NCBI GenBank assembly: GCA_000004985.1
Contig: GG738902.1
Length of the DNA: 64,000 bases
Reading direction: 5' to 3' (one strand)
DNA from: Naegleria gruberi
Lineage: Eukaryota
Part shown: positions 62,980 through 64,000 of the stretch, piece after piece
Layout: every line of letters starts with the position of its first letter
Position numbering within the stretch: position 1 is the stretch's first letter
Program-made: the position numbers and the translations under genes
Notes under the pieces: model-generated
Told to the model about the DNA's origin: nothing
What the model saw: only the letters and a program-made list of their open reading frames with translations
Databases searched by the model: none

Positions 62980-64000
62980 GGTTATTTCAATCGTGGTTGT
63001 GAAAAAGAAACAAGTGGCTCTGAATAGTAGTTTAATTGGATATGATTCTGCAGTGGATTTGTTAGCTGTTAATGATCAACCAAATGAGTTTGAGGAAATT
63101 CAGTGGAAATCAACAGATAAGATCACTGTTCAACTCTTTGTTGATTTTATAAATGGAATTGGTAAATTATTTAATGGACATGATGAGAATATTGATTTAC
63201 CAACTTCATTTACGGAGGAACAATTCTTTGAAATGGTCGGAAGAAATAAGAGATCTGAAACTGATAATGATTTGGATGAAAATGAAATGAAAACAGTATT
63301 TAAAAAGCTCTATAGTGAAAAACATCCAGAAGTGATTAGATATTTGAGTGGAATAGCTCAATTGGTTGTAGTTTCAACTCTAGGCAAACTTGCATCTGGA
63401 ATTATTGCCACAAAAGCTCCACTTCAACCAAAGGATGTCAGAGGATCATGGACAGTTCAATTCAGAAGGTATGAGCAAGAGGCCGATGACGATGATTGTG
63501 CATTTGGAATTCTACATGAAAGAACTGATTGTATCATGAAGAAGGAAAGTGCAGCAATCATGAAACCAATGTACAATTTCAAATGGCAAGTTGAAATCAA
63601 ATTCAAAACTAGGGAAATTCTTGATGTTCAAGCAGTTCATGTGAGATTGGTGGGTATTGAATGGATTTGTGATCCATTATTGAAAGTACCTGAATCTGAA
63701 AAGGAAGAATTCATTGCCTCATGCAAAAAGTTTTTCTCTGTGGAAAAAGCTGCCCTGCCAAACCATCAACATGACAACTGTCCTCTCATTCCTTCTGGAA
63801 AAGCTCTTATCGAATGTGTTTGCCATGATGTTCTGTTAGCCCTCGTATCCTACACACCACCAACTCCATCAACACCATCCAGCCAAGCCATCTCAACCTC
63901 ATCACTTAAACCAAAAAAGAACAAACATGAATTGTCCTGGCTAAAGAAACTCCTTCTCAATTCAACCTCTGATTCTGATGAAATATTTGCAGCACTCTCC
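62980..64000 (+). CDS. Exon 2 (partial; open to the window end) of the same gene
   Basis: A TTAG acceptor at 62979 restores the frame. A stop-free frame of about 340 codons runs to position 64000. It is not in the ORF track because no stop lies inside the window. Confidence 0.4.

Noticed and set aside
1-64000. The window could be a giant-virus or prokaryotic segment (dense genes, many bacterial-type domains, AT-rich).
   Set aside because: Multiple genes need canonical GTAAGT/GTGAGT...AG spliceosomal introns to restore frames: the 5'-nucleotidase, ThrE, eIF4G, the MIF4G-like gene and the gene at the 3' end. Coding Asn/Gln homopolymers and A-rich start contexts also indicate a eukaryotic nuclear genome.
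1-64000. CRISPR arrays, rRNA genes, transposase or integrase genes.
   Set aside because: There are no regularly spaced direct repeats, no rRNA-like conserved blocks and no transposase or RT motifs. The only striking repeat is the single 28-bp inverted pair at 60539/60914.

Overview
The window is an AT-rich, gene-dense eukaryotic nuclear segment of about 64 kb, with roughly 35 protein-coding genes on both strands.

It is spliceosomal, not prokaryotic or viral. Several genes carry short GTAAGT/GTGAGT...AG introns of 40-150 nt, Asn/Gln/Ser/Thr homopolymer tracts are common, and start codons sit in A-rich context. That resembles a social-amoeba-like (dictyostelid-type) genome, but the taxon is inference only.

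The supplied ORF track uses non-ATG (TTG/GTG/CTG) starts in places. I re-derived starts and exon junctions by hand where I could. All coordinates are approximate.

Recognisable housekeeping genes:
- eIF4G (minus strand) with a probable upstream RGG-rich exon
- An OsmC-family protein
- A Got1/SFT2-like 4TM protein
- A three-exon ThrE-family membrane protein
- A TM-anchored M16 inverzincin peptidase
- An extended-SDR epimerase-like protein
- A TLDc protein
- An SMP-30/gluconolactonase-like beta-propeller
- A conventional Ser/Thr kinase
- A probable 7TM protein

The more unusual content:
- A class-II AspRS/AsnRS paralog that has lost the invariant motif-2 and motif-3 arginines, so probably a pseudo-synthetase.
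- A PhyH-type dioxygenase whose two halves appear in permuted order.
- An Arf-family GTPase lacking the DxxGQ and NKxD motifs.
- A ComEC/Rec2-type metallo-beta-lactamase domain protein.
- A co-oriented block of three prokaryote-type genes: a TM-anchored S45 penicillin/AHL-acylase, a DUF2828+vWA protein, and a secreted three-exon 5'-nucleotidase.
- A PB1 + kinase-like + DUF4116 fusion, plus a DUF4116 paralog.
- A PIP-box protein.
- An unannotated spliced ubiquitin-fold gene.
- A CXC-like cysteine-rich frame broken by a frameshift.

Non-coding signals worth checking are a palindromic TGGCGCCAA motif in two bidirectional promoters, a perfect 28-bp inverted repeat spanning the end of the kinase gene, and a GC-rich palindrome cluster upstream of the Arf-like gene.

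I found no rRNA, tRNA, CRISPR array or obvious transposon.
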